A DNA stretch of 64,000 bases. Source: Ruditapes philippinarum. Taxonomy: Eukaryota. Below the pieces are notes generated by a model that saw only the letters and a program-made list of their open reading frames with translations, ran no database searches and was not told the DNA's origin. The stretch lies in NCBI RefSeq assembly GCF_026571515.1, contig NW_026858658.1:62001-126000 (forward strand), written 5' to 3'. Shown here piece by piece: positions 51,998 to 64,000 of this stretch (position 1 is the stretch's first letter; each line of letters begins with the position of its first letter). Both the position numbers and the translations under genes were made by a program.

Positions 51998-52559
51998 CTA
52001 TATTATATAAATGAGTAATAAAAGAAATCCTTGACTGAAAACTTTTACTAAAAGCTGTTCATTATTATTTTAATAAAATGACTGGTTAAATTTGAGTGAA
52101 GTTGTAACATATTTAGTAAAACAGTGCACCAGAGATACATTTATATACTAGTAAACACATCAGAGATAACGTAACACTGTTACACACTCGTATAAATACG
52201 GAATTCTGTTAATTCTGTAAATTCCCTTTGAATATATTTGATAAGAAATCATTTGATGTTACAATGCAGTAGACGTGATCTTAGCACACTATTGTAAGGA
52301 ACGCCGTGACTGACTTATGTGATCAAGCAAGCATTGATAAGAGAATCACGGCGTTCCATAGAAACACATTAAACATCATACTGCCCCGTTTCAACATGGT
52401 ACTGTCGCGTTATAAACTTCGTAATATCGCGTTGTCACCGTGTTTTCGCAATTTTGTTCTCGAAAACTGGCAAGTTAACATAAATTTGCTATGTATTAAT
52501 TTAAATGTGACAAAGGTAGCACATGCCAGGTCTTACTGAAACATATCATAAACACATAC

Positions 52560-52599
52560 CCTTCGTGCTGTCTGCTTCAGTGTCACTTTGTTTAGACAT
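52560..52599 (-). CDS. C-type-lectin-like protein, coding exon 1 (start)
   Basis: Acceptor attatttcag| with the exon starting at 52615, an in-frame upstream TAG, and ATG at 52599; encodes MSKQSDTEADSTK followed by G|gtatgt (phase 1). Confidence 0.7.
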
Positions 52600-54166
52600 T
52601 TCCTCGATATTCTACCTGAAATAATATTTAAGTAAGCTTTTGTTTTGCTGTGCAGTGAAAAAAGGAAAAAAATAAAATTAAAGAACGTCAACACCAACTG
52701 CTTTATATCCCTAGTGGCAAGCATTTTCATTGAGACCTCCTTCAAAATACGATTGGACAATATCCGAAAGGAGTGACCAAGGTGTCTCCTCTTATCCGAT
52801 TGACAGGAATAGACACGTGACACGCGCCTGCTCAGGAAATGCGATTCAATTTTGTCGGTGGAAAATACGGGGGCAAAAAGGTGCCACATGCTCGATTAAG
52901 TTTTTTTGTTTTGTTCGTTTTTTGTTTGTTTGTTTGTTTTTTGTTTGTTTGTTTGTTTGTTTGTTTTCATTTTTATTCAAAGTTCGAAACATCAACAAAA
53001 AAGAAGAGTACTAGAGAATAGTGCACATCGAATAATCAAAGATACGAAAAAAACAAACAATTTTTTAAGTAAAATTTTGAAATGCATGGTACAAGAGAAG
53101 CTTTGTAGTATGACAACATCATTAAACTACGTAACGTTTTATTTATTGAAACGAGTAAATACGTAAAATACTTGGATTATTGATAACATTAAATGGTACT
53201 TACCGAATACAGTATACAATACCTAAAAATATTAGCACTTCTTATTATGTTGTAGCAATTGTACAAAAAAGTCACAAAGTGGCGGTTTATATATTTGTTT
53301 GAAATATATTAAGACGAAATGTAAATAATTCAATGTTACATGACCATGTCAGTCGTGTTTTAAAATGGAGTTAAAATAATTATATATATTAATATCTATG
53401 CGTGAATGTTTTTAGATTTTGTAAAACGATGGATATTATTAATAAAGAACATAAAAATATAACATATGCTGCAGTTTGTAATTCCATTTTTTTTTTTTCA
53501 AATATGGTGGTCAATTTGATACTTTGTAGTGGTTGTTAGAAATTAACACTTAAGGATACACAGGTGTCATTATGCAATAAGCTTTGTGAAATTAAATTAA
53601 CATTTTGAAGTAGAATCTACAAAATTAATGCCAAATGAAAAACAAAATCAGCAAGTAGTTTATCTTTAAACATTTATCATGTGCTATGTAAAACACTTTT
53701 TAAACATGTGCTTGGCCTTATTTACATAGCTGGGTAAGTGTCTCGTTCTATAATACTTCGCAGCTCCCACCTCCCACCGGATGTGTTCCGTGAATGCCTT
53801 GCCGATCTTCAAGACAACTTTTGTCGTATCTCACACCTATAAAATAGTGGTTATTTCAACGAACTGGCCAGGTGTAATACAAATGTTGCGATTGAAGCGG
53901 TGCTGCTAAAAAAATATTACGCGTTCTTATCAAAGTGTGTGAACATTTCGCGCCAAAATTGATATTCTTGCAGATGTTTGTTTTTATATTTGTAAACATC
54001 AATTGAGAATTAAATTGATTGATAAGAAGCGTGAATTCCTAGAGAATAACATCCTTTATATTTTCGATATATAATTTTCTCACCAGCCAGTATGATTCTA
54101 ATTCACTTGCTTTGCTGACACCTATTTATATCATACAGTTTCACACTGATGTATTTTTGTTAGTAA

Positions 54167-54226
54167 GTGAGTGATGAGTGAGTGAGTGAGTGAGTGAGTG
54201 AGTGAGTGAGTGAGTGAGTGAGTGAG
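54167..54226. repeat. (GTGA)n microsatellite
   Basis: Direct observation. Confidence 0.95.
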
Positions 54227-55418
54227 CAGTTTATTATAGTGGCATGTGCATTTCTTATAAAACAAAATAAATATTAAAGTTAAATTAGCCTTTGGGCAAA
54301 ATATTCATTCCTGAACATATTGATCTTTAAGTCTTTGAGTCTTATCAAAGACGTAAAATGGCATTATAAGTTCACATTCTTTATAAAGAAAAAAAGCTGT
54401 TATTTTCATTAATGTCCACAAACAACTTTTTTATCAATGCAAATAATAAGAAGGCGTTTTAAGCTATAATAATAAAAGGCCGGAGGCTTTTATTTACATA
54501 TAATTGTTGGATTGAATAAGTATAGCATATATTCCGGCTGTCTGTTTTAAAAGGTGTCGGCCAATTATATTACTGACTAACAAGAATCCTTAAGAGCAGT
54601 GTTGTCCAAGTAATTGTCTGTTTCTACTAGCAGTACGAAAAGCATCAAAATAATTGAAAATATAAATATTAACAACGTGATCAACCATAAGTTTCTCACT
54701 GTTCCGACATAAAGGAAGATAATTTTGTATATTTTTGAAGTATATTTTGAACAAACTTGTCTCCCTTGTCCCAAAAAAACGCATTTCAACTACGCCTTTT
54801 TGACTTTGGGCTCTGTACAATATGTTGTTTTTTTTAAACAGGAAACGTTATCTATAGGACATTTTCAGAAATCAAAAACAACTATAATCAGCTTGCAAAA
54901 TACAACTTGACAAATGTATGATTGCGTTCAAATGCAAAGATAATGCGCATTATTTGAGAAATGTTGCTACTAGCCAATACCTTTGGCAGGTTGCTGAAAT
55001 ATCACAGTTGAAAATGAGGATTTTTACAAGCATAACGAAATTACAAAGACAATGTTGGCCCATCGTCGGATACCCAAATAAAATTATTAACGTTTCAATT
55101 GGTTTTAATTACCTCATGAAATCGTGAGGCAACCGATGAAATTGTTGTCTTTGACACACCTCTAATCAACTGAATATCGGAATAAAATCCCACGGCTGAT
55201 AAATGTTGATGGTTCGGCTGTTGATGATGATGATGATGTTGGTAAAATTCTTCAAGCGATTGTAAAATAATTACTTGTTGATTTGAAATATTGCAAATAG
55301 CAAGTTATAAAAGTGGGTATTTGTTGGAAGCTAATCCCTAAAATCCTCAGAGCATGAGCACCATTTAGTGGCTTTTGTCAATGTAGTTTTATACCCCAGA
55401 TTCATGTAACTGTTGCAG

Positions 55419-55673
55419 GTAGTTGTGGTGGTGGTGGTAGTTTTCATTCCGGATCACGGCAGTAAGCCACACTGAATTCACCAGTTCAACCACCGCATCG
55501 TTCCTTGGCAGGCTGTCAAGCAGTTTACCAGTTCTAGTTGCCTTCACTTTCGCAAGGAACTGAAACTTCTGCACTTGCCACAGCAGAGGTGCAGTGCGAA
55601 TGACCGTAGAATCGAATCCGGGTCGCCCGTTTCACAGTCCAACGCTCCACCTATTGAGCTAACCGGACGGCTG
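55419..55673 (-). mobile_element. tRNA-derived SINE with a Nin/Deu-like central domain and 14-bp TSD
   Basis: Minus strand: head GCCGTCCGGTTAGCTCAATAGG…GGATTCGATTC, body CAGTTCCTTGCGAAAG…ACTGGTAAACTGCTTG…AGCCTGCCAAGGAA, and a (CCA)n tail. Exact direct repeat TGTAACTGTTGCAG at 55405-55418 and 55674-55687. Confidence 0.88.
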
Positions 55674-57020
55674 TGTAACTGTTGCAGAAGCAATACAGTA
55701 TATTTATACCTGAGAACTCAAATGGTAACAAGAAGAAATTTGTAAGAAAAGGTTGATAGTGCTTGCACACACAGCCGTATATAAAATATGAGAAGTTGGA
55801 ACCTTAAAATTGGAACCTGAAAGTTGGAACCTGAAAGAGGGACACACGAACAAAGTACATGTAACAAAGAAATCCAAGAAATGGTAGATTCAGTAACACC
55901 TATAATAATATTTGATCAAGCTTTGCAAAACGTTATTGCAGAAGAATAAACTGTACGCCAGTAAATGAACATATCTATCACCCGATCTCAACCTGAAGAA
56001 AAGTGTACCAATCTTTACAAAGAACAGTGTTCTGGTAATAGTTATGTTGGCATTCCGATGCATGAAAAGAATTTATGTTATAACTAGAACTATTTCTTTA
56101 AAAAAAAACATGTCCAGAAAAAAAGATTCTTGAAATAAATGATGAAAGAAACAACAAATAAAACTACTTATGCTAAGTGAAACTGAAAAGCAAAATGAAG
56201 AAGAAAAGAAAGAAACAAAGCAATAGTAGGAAGTACAGGCACGTGGAATTCTTAAGTCTGATCAAATTGCAGTCAAAACAAATACTAAGCATGTAACAGT
56301 CACATTCGTTCTTCAACAAAGATTGCCAATCAATATTATACATGTATCAATTTTCGAGCGTTCGCAACTACGTGAGGCTATAATATGGGTTTATCTTTTT
56401 ATTTGGGCCATATGCAGCTTTTCATGGAATGACAGGAACGTATCACATTGAAAGCATATCATTATGATCACAGCTGTATGGGCATAATTATCTGCAGAAG
56501 TTTCAAAATTCAAATCTTACCATATTAACTACCGTCCCTAAAGAGGTTTAATCAAGGATGCATTTTTTTTAATTTTGCCGTTGTTGCGTTTCTTTAGGGA
56601 TTCTGTATTTTACACTATTTTATCACCTAAGGCTACATGCATACCATAGGGATTGTGTTTATGCGGCTTGGTCCGTGGGTCAAGAGGGTTTTCCTGTTTC
56701 AAATACATGTATTCAAAAAGAATTTTATAAAATTATAGTATAAGTCTTACATTTTACTTGTCTGGAAATGGTTTAAAAACAAGTTTCACCATAAAGATGG
56801 ATGCCCCATCTGTGTTAAAATGTTTTTTTTATTGATATTTGACGGAGACGGGTCCGACCCCAAGTGTCTGTTGGTCCAGGAACTTTTGGACTACACTTCG
56901 TACATGTTTCAAAAAGCACGTTTATATTATTAGTTATAAAAATGTCAGGGTTTTATGACCCTATATAACCGGTTGTTTGCATATATAACCCAAGCCGCTA
57001 TGTGACTTGACTACATATTT

Positions 57021-58440
57021 AACAAGAGCCATGTTAACATGGCCATCCCCCGCCGAATGGGTTTGTTGATAGGGAGAATGTATATGTAGTAGAGCAGAAT
57101 AATTCAATTTAAAGAGGTCTTTCGGTAACGAAAAATGATGGCTGAAGTGATTAAAGATTTGAAACCAATGTGAATACTGATGGCTGAAAATAACAAAGGA
57201 AATAACTGCAAAATAATGCAGGGTAGGTTATCATTATTGTGTGCGTGCTGCACACGTCCTCAATGAGATCTATCCACCTATGAAGTTTCAAGTTGATACC
57301 TCAAACACTTTTTGAGATAAGCTCCGGACAAAAAGTATGAAAAATAACAAAGGGCAATAACTCAAAAGTTATAAAGGATAGAGTTATCATTCTTGCACAC
57401 AGCATTCCTCCTCAATTAGATCTATCCACCTGTGAAGTTTCATGTTGACATCATAAAGACTTTTTGTGTTATGCTCCACTCAGGTGAAAAATTAAGTATG
57501 AAAAATAACAAAGGGCAATAACTCAAAAGTAATAAAGGGTAGAGTTATTATTCTTGCACACAGCATTCCTCCTCAATTAGATCTATTTACCTGTGAAGTT
57601 TCATGTTGACATCTCAAAGACTTTTTGAGTTATGCTCCACTCAGGTGAAAAATTAAGTATGAAAAATAACAAAGGGCAATAACTGAAAAATTATGAATAG
57701 TAGAGTTATCATTCTTGTGCACTGCACACCTCCTGAGTGAGATCTATCCAACCATGAAGTTTCATGTTGATATCTCAAAGGCTTTTTGAGTTATGCTCTG
57801 AACAAATATTAAATATGGAAAAAAACAAAGGGCAATCACTGAAAAATAATGCAGTGTAGGTTATCATTCTTGTGTGCTGCACTCCTCCTCAATGGGACTA
57901 TCCACCTGAAGTTGCAAGTTGATATCTCTAACACTTTTTGAGATAAGCTCCGGACAAAAAGTATAAAAATAACAAAGGGCAATGACTCAAAAGTTATATA
58001 CTTTTTGAGTTATTCTCCACTCAGGTGAAAAATTATATATGAAAAAAATAACAAAGGGCAACATCTCAAAAATTATGAATGGTAGAGTTATCATTCTTAT
58101 GCACTGCACACCTCCTGAGTGAGATCTATCCAGTCATGAAGTTTCACGTTGATATCTCAAAGGCTTTTTGAGTTATGCTCTGAAAATAATTAAGTTTGAA
58201 AAATAACAAATTTTAAGGGCAATAACTGAAAAATTATACAGAGTAGAGTTATCATTCTTGTGCACTGCACTTTTCCTCAATATGATATATCCACTTATGA
58301 AGTTTCAAGTTGATACCTCAAATACCTTTTGAGATATGCTCAGGGCAAAAATGTCGTACGGAAGGACGGATGGATGGATGGACGGACGGACGGACGGAAA
58401 CCATTTCTTTATCCCTCGCTGACTGTCGGCGGGGGATAAA
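57021..58440 (-). mobile_element. Helentron-associated non-autonomous element (HINE) carrying a ~160-bp tandem array
   Basis: AACAAGAG end with palindrome GCCATGTTAACATGGC; subterminal inverted repeat ATCCCCCGCCGA (57045) / TCGGCGGGGGAT (58426); about 7 units of aaaataacaaagggcaataact…gaagtttca.gttga; (GACG/GATG)n microsatellite at about 58360-58398. Confidence 0.88.
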
Positions 58441-59376
58441 AAAAAGAAAAAAAATACAACGATTCTGGATTACTGGCACCGGAAACAATACTAAATGTGG
58501 TGCTTGAATATATGCCACCACACTGACCAATAGTAATGTATTGACATCTTCTATAAAAAAAATGTACCTGAGGTTGAATGTCAGCACAATATTTCCTGAT
58601 CTGCGATCAAAAAATACAAAAAGATAATGTGATGGGTTGCAGGAAAAATAGATTAAGTTTGAGGAGCAATTCTGACACTGGTAAGATTGTATATATTTGC
58701 AAAACTTCTCTTACCTACTGAATTTGTAAAATTTCTTACATTTTTTTTGTTTATTTTTTTTAATAAAAATAATACTTTATAACATGTAGTAATGCAAAAT
58801 TGTATATCTTCTATAGTTGTCATGTTAGGAAAAGTGATCGTGAAATGATCGTGAGACAGAAAGTTCTTAAACCAACTATCACCAAGTTCAGGGATTGGAC
58901 TCAAAAGTAATACCAATTGATATAAGATAAAAATAACCTGTTTTCAAAACGACGTAATTGATTTGAAATAATTAAGTATCAACATCAGTTTCTTATGCAC
59001 TCACACATTAAACCTTTGGTCATATATTGATATGAAAAGGGCAAATAGAATAACTGTTAAACATTTTACGATCAGTCAGTCAACAGTCTGGTGTTATTTG
59101 ACAATTAGTTTACATTATATTATTGAATCGGTTGTTTTCCCCATTATGTGGACAAACTGGCATATAAAGAATGGCTCTAGAATAAATAAGATGTATTGCC
59201 ATTCATTGATGTTATTATTTTTCAAGTCTTACTTTAGTTTATTGTTCAGCTAATTGTGCCTGTCTAAATTTTTCATTTAATTTCGCATGTAACACAGGAA
59301 GAAGTGAGTACAATATGTAGCTATATTCTGGCAGACATTTACTAAAACATATCTTATTGATAAGAATTATATGATA

Positions 59377-59961
59377 TATATTAGAAGCAATGTATTGACA
59401 ATAACAACTACTATTACTGGCGTCAATGTAGAACCAGCATGATCTAACAGCGACCGGGGTATTAAAATGATAGATGACCGCTGTATGAGCTATAGAAAAA
59501 TATACAACTTTTATATGAGTAAAATACGTTTGAAAATACATTAAACAGCATGGGACTCTCTGTTGATATTGATTTCTTGATTGCCAGGAACTCTCATATT
59601 AGTGTCGTATTGTCCTTGTTTTTAATGTAAAAAAAAACCTGACAATTAATTGTCTTATTTTCCACAAATGTTTTTTTTATCATTATGAAAAGCTACGTTG
59701 GCAGGAATCACAGAATATTTTCAATCTTATTAAACCCCATTTTTAATGAATCTGCGTGATATTCGTAATCACATATAAGATATTGCGTGTAAGTAGCACT
59801 ATAGCAGGCTGTTTTTGCAATCTATTGTTGTTCTTCGTCACCACCATATATGTATTGATCTTTCTTCGTTTGTTTTCATTTTATATGACGACGAGTCTAA
59901 ATCGTATAAAATTCATTCAATTAAGTTTCCGATGTAAACAACAACAATGACAGCAAAACAA
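59377..59961 (+). repeat. Duplicated segment, copy B (no SINE)
   Basis: Collinear with 43858-44692 but has a single CAATCTATT (59818) and lacks the 270-bp insert. Confidence 0.85.
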
Positions 59962-60751
59962 AAACAAACAGTTTCAAAATGTTCTATTATAGGTAATATT
60001 TGTATTGATAGATAAAATGTAATAAGTAACTCTTAATAGATAATTTTGTCAATATTTTAGCTCTTTTTTATGGAAATCTGTATAAGCTTCATTGAACAAA
60101 GGAAGACAAATGAAATTAGAAAGGGTTATACATATAATGTGAATGAATTAAACATCAGAACATTCATTTGAATGAAGACAGATAATGAAGAAAGGCATTT
60201 GATCTGGAGCTTAATTGATACATACAGAGCATTTACTGCAGATTGAATTTATTCGATCGCAAACATGCATGTTTATCTTTCCATAAAGCAAAAGAAAGCA
60301 AATGAATGGTTTAGAACCGTAGAAAACCCATGGGTGGAGTCATTTTACATGATTATTTGAGATAACGATCTTTAACTTTGTGTCAAAATCATCTCAATTT
60401 TAAGTTTTCATTTAGACTTGACTTGTGACCATACATGTTATATATAGATAGAAAATACAAGTAATTTGTGTATATTTATGTTTTTTATTGCACTCTTTGT
60501 GGATAAATCAATAAGTTCTAGTCTAAATATTGTTTCATAAGTCACCAAGACTAATTTTTGACACTATAGCTTAGGTCAATGAACACAGATCAATAATTGT
60601 GTTGGTGGCATGAACGAAGTTTGGACCAAAGGAAATGTTCTCCGTAAATATTTACGTCACCAAATCAGATTTGACAAGAAATATTCCGACGTTGTCTTTG
60701 ACCTTTAAAAGGACTATTTAACGAACATAAGTGGAACTTAAATAATATGTT

Positions 60752-60752
60752 T

Positions 60753-60832
<80 letters not shown>

Positions 60833-60833
60833 T
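60752..60833. repeat. (TTTA)n microsatellite
   Basis: About 20 perfect copies. Confidence 0.95.
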
Positions 60834-61652
60834 TGTTCATAACAACACCATTAACTTTACTGCAATGTCTTTGCGGAATTTGTAAGCTAGGTCAACGAGA
60901 GCAGATCGATAATTGATATGTTCATATTGGAAGCACAAACGATTTTGACAAAAGAAAAATATTCTCCGTGAATAATTTATTCATAAAAGCATGTCTAAAA
61001 AGAATAGAAATGCACCGGCGTGCCGTTGGACTTTGAAAAGATGCTTGATATATTAGTATTGAGCGGTTTAAATGTTATGTACTCTTGCAAGTTGAATTGT
61101 CATTTCAACAGCAACGATTTCTTCACAAAACAGGCAGCATTGGCAATTTAATCTCTTTAAACCTTTAAATAATAAAACAAACAAAAAACAAAAAAAAATT
61201 ATCGCAAGGATATTGTTTCAAAAATGAAACAGTTGTATTGGCATTAAATACAACAAAAGAATTTTAAAAATAAGTTAACATTTATTTTAAACAAATCATT
61301 GCTAATCGTTATTGCATTGTATTCGACCCCCGTTGTTTGTTTTTGTTGTTATTACTTTTTTGTCCAAATATGACAAGGGAAATGTCTGCCTTAATGAAGC
61401 TTTTGTGTTAACCTATTTTAACTCTTTGAGATAAATGCCATGACAAAATTTAAAAAAAAACATTAGAAAGGAGAGACATGAGGTAGAATGCAACATGCAT
61501 ATGAAAGAACAATTGATTGAAATGAAGTTTTGTCGAATATTGTCGAAAACTCAGAGAATTGAAATCTGACGGAGGTCGATACAAGATGTATATACATGTA
61601 TATATAGTATGTACATGATTCATTACAAAGTTATTCCGGATGATATTATAAT

Positions 61653-61792
61653 GTTAATAATTAAGTGTTTTCAAAATTGCCTTGTTTTTGGTGTGAGGAC
61701 TGTCATATTAGCCTGAGGCCAAAGGTCGAAGGCTAATATGACAGTCTAAAGCCAAATAACAAAGGGCATTATGAAATCACTTAATTATTGAC
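61653..61792. mobile_element. Long hairpin element (same architecture as those at 32-34 kb)
   Basis: AATAATTAAGTG.TTTCA…GACTGTCATATTAGCCT-GAGGCCAAAGGTCGA-AGGCTAATATGACAGTC…TGAAATCACTTAATTATT; the arm motif CATATTAGCCT recurs at about 62071. Confidence 0.75.
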
Positions 61793-62699
61793 AATTTTAT
61801 TAATTAATTAATTACACATAAACTAAAAAAAGTTAATAGGTTAGTGAACAAAAAATAACTAATGTGAAATTCCGTTGTTGTGAGGTAATGCAAATGAGAT
61901 TTATGTTTTAAAAATGTTTCGGAAACCTACATTGCAGCGATTCAAAATGGCGACTTTTTTCAATAAAAAAAATCAAAATTCTCAAAATTTATAATAGCCG
62001 AGTTCTCACATATAGGCCGTACTTTATGCATGATGGCCTTGTTTTATGTTCATAATGTCGTGTTGAACTTCATATTAGCCTTACATTTGAAGTGGAAACG
62101 TGCCTTATATTGAAAAGTTAGTTAATAAAATAATATAATTTTAGATAAACAAAGTAATATCTGTTTTGATAATTGACTTGTAAAAAATACATCTCAAAAG
62201 GACAAAGCAACAATATTCCATTATTTGTTAAATATCATAATTTTAAATTACCGTGGTATTTATATATTATTTATGAAACTTTAAGTATGTGTCAGTGGTG
62301 TTAATGCAAATATCTATTAGTTAGAGATGTTAACAAATTAAATAATATTTCGCTTCAGTTAGATGCAAGGCTTATTGCTTGAGCGTGAATGATTGAAAAA
62401 TGACAAAATCGATAAATTACAATGAAATGATGATCGACGTATGAAAAATAATATTTTAGATCAATTACAGATTTAAATTATTTACACGTTAATCTTCCAT
62501 TACATTCTGTATCCAGAATGATATGAGCTATTCTTTGAAAATTGAGGCATAGTATTTCAAAGGCTATATTTCAACATAAAAGAAAAGTGTTCTGCTAGAA
62601 TTATATTCTTTATTGGAATCTATTTCATGGGAATCCAGTGTCTTTACACATTCTTTATTTCTAAAGAAAAAAATCAATGAATGATAAACTGTCCGTCAT

Positions 62700-62897
62700 G
62701 CAACTTAGCATGGTTAAGTTGTCTACGTGTCGGACTTATAATCTAATGATCGCTCAAACCCGGTCAGGAGCAAGTCGTGTTACCTTGATCAAGAATCTTG
62801 ACACTCATTGCTCGGTACTGGTTATTTCCAGGAACGGGTTCGAAAGTCTGTATAACTTCTTACACAATAGAACTAAATTATATTCTGTATAAACCAA
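62700..62897 (+). mobile_element. Degenerate CORE-type SINE
   Basis: gtgttaccttgatcaagaatcttgacactcattgctcggtactggttatttccaggaacgggttcga resembles the CORE-SINE body; homologous to 30905-31072. Confidence 0.65.
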
Positions 62898-63437
62898 CAT
62901 GGACATGAAATAAACAAATGTTGATACTGTTTTAAGCAATTCAACGATACTATTGGCATTAATAAATCTTTGTATAAAAATGTTTTATTTATTTTGAATT
63001 GCTATTGTATTGCATTTAGGTGATTCGACCTTTTTAGTCCTAAAACATTGCGTAAAAGATATAATTGTCTGATTTCACTTTTTGATGTGCGTTTTGTTTG
63101 GGCAATACATTTTTTTACCTTAAATTCTTAAATTGTTAAAAAAAGTATCTTTACTTACTTATTTACATTATTACATTTTGTTATGTTAACTGTCCCTGCG
63201 CTCTATATTACTTTAAGTTATTACATCCTTAAATATTTAATAGGATAGTTAGGCATACAGATAAGATTCCCATGTTAAAACAAAACGTTATCTAAAATGG
63301 TTTGTTTTAAATCATTCAAAACAAACATGCTTTTCGCGTGCGTTATTGTGATTGATCGTTCTGTTCTATTTTTAGAAATACAAACAACACATTACGTGAC
63401 ATTCACTGGTAATCATATGGAATGATATTGAAGTAAA

Positions 63438-64000
63438 AATTACACAATGCCTGCTTGCACTTTCATCACGCTTGTTGACAATTACACACTGCCTGCTTAC
63501 TGTTACAATTTACTCATTGACACTGCTATTGTGCTTATTAGTACAGTCACTATGCATGCTTGCACTTTCATCACGCTTGTTGACAATTACACACTGCCTG
63601 CTTACTGTTACAATTTACTCATTGACACTGCTATTGTGCTTATTGGTACAGTCACTATGCATGCTTGCACTTTCATCACGCTTGTTGACAATTACACACT
63701 GCCTGCTTACTGTTACAATTTACTCATTGACACTGCTATTGTGCTTATTGGTACAGTCACTATGCATGCTTGCACTTTCATCAAGCTTGTTGACAATTAC
63801 ACACTGCCTGCTTACTGTTACAATTTACTCATTGACACTGCTATTGTGCTTATTGGTACAGTCACTATGCATGCTTGCACTTTCATCACGCTTGTTGACA
63901 ATTACACACTGCCTGCTTACTGTTACAATTTACTCATTGACACTGCTATTGTGCTTATTGGTACAGTCACTATGCATGCTTGCACTTTCATCACGCTTGT
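63438..64000. repeat. 105-bp tandem repeat, more than 5 near-identical copies, runs off the window
   Basis: CACTTTCATCA at 63458, 63563, 63668, 63773, 63878 and 63983 (period 105). Confidence 0.95.

Noticed and set aside
53725-53836. Exon-like GC-richer patch on the minus strand upstream of the lectin-like gene (also about 55112-55250)
   Set aside because: The 53.7-kb patch has stops in all three frames after its acceptor, and the 55.1-kb patch would splice into an immediate stop. They may be 5'-UTR exons but cannot be supported as coding.

Overview
This is AT-rich eukaryotic genomic DNA, most likely from a bivalve mollusc (inferred from the repeat families, coiled-coil C1q genes and protocadherin type). 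The ORF track misses most of the gene structure, so spliced genes were assembled by hand from GT-AG junctions and reading-frame phase. Left to right: (1) the 3' half of a tRNA-Lys-like gene at the window edge; (2) a large + strand 7-EC (delta1-like) protocadherin, 9306-26109, with a giant ectodomain/TM exon, a probably mis-assembled cytoplasmic exon near 24.8 kb and apparent 3'-UTR introns; (3) a cluster of three intronless secreted coiled-coil + C1q genes (+/-/+), each with a furin-type site just before the globular head; (4) a two-exon signal-peptide + Ly6/three-finger-like gene start on +, with no continuation found; (5) a six-coding-exon minus-strand type II membrane C-type-lectin-like protein (~339 aa) whose lectin fold is interrupted by two long Ser/Thr/acidic segments, the most unusual object here. 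Dispersed repeats include tRNA-derived SINEs (two with exact 13-14 bp TSDs), palindromic MITEs, Helentron-associated elements, long hairpin elements, mini/microsatellites and a duplicated segment giving a filled/empty SINE site pair. No prokaryotic features or CRISPR arrays were found.
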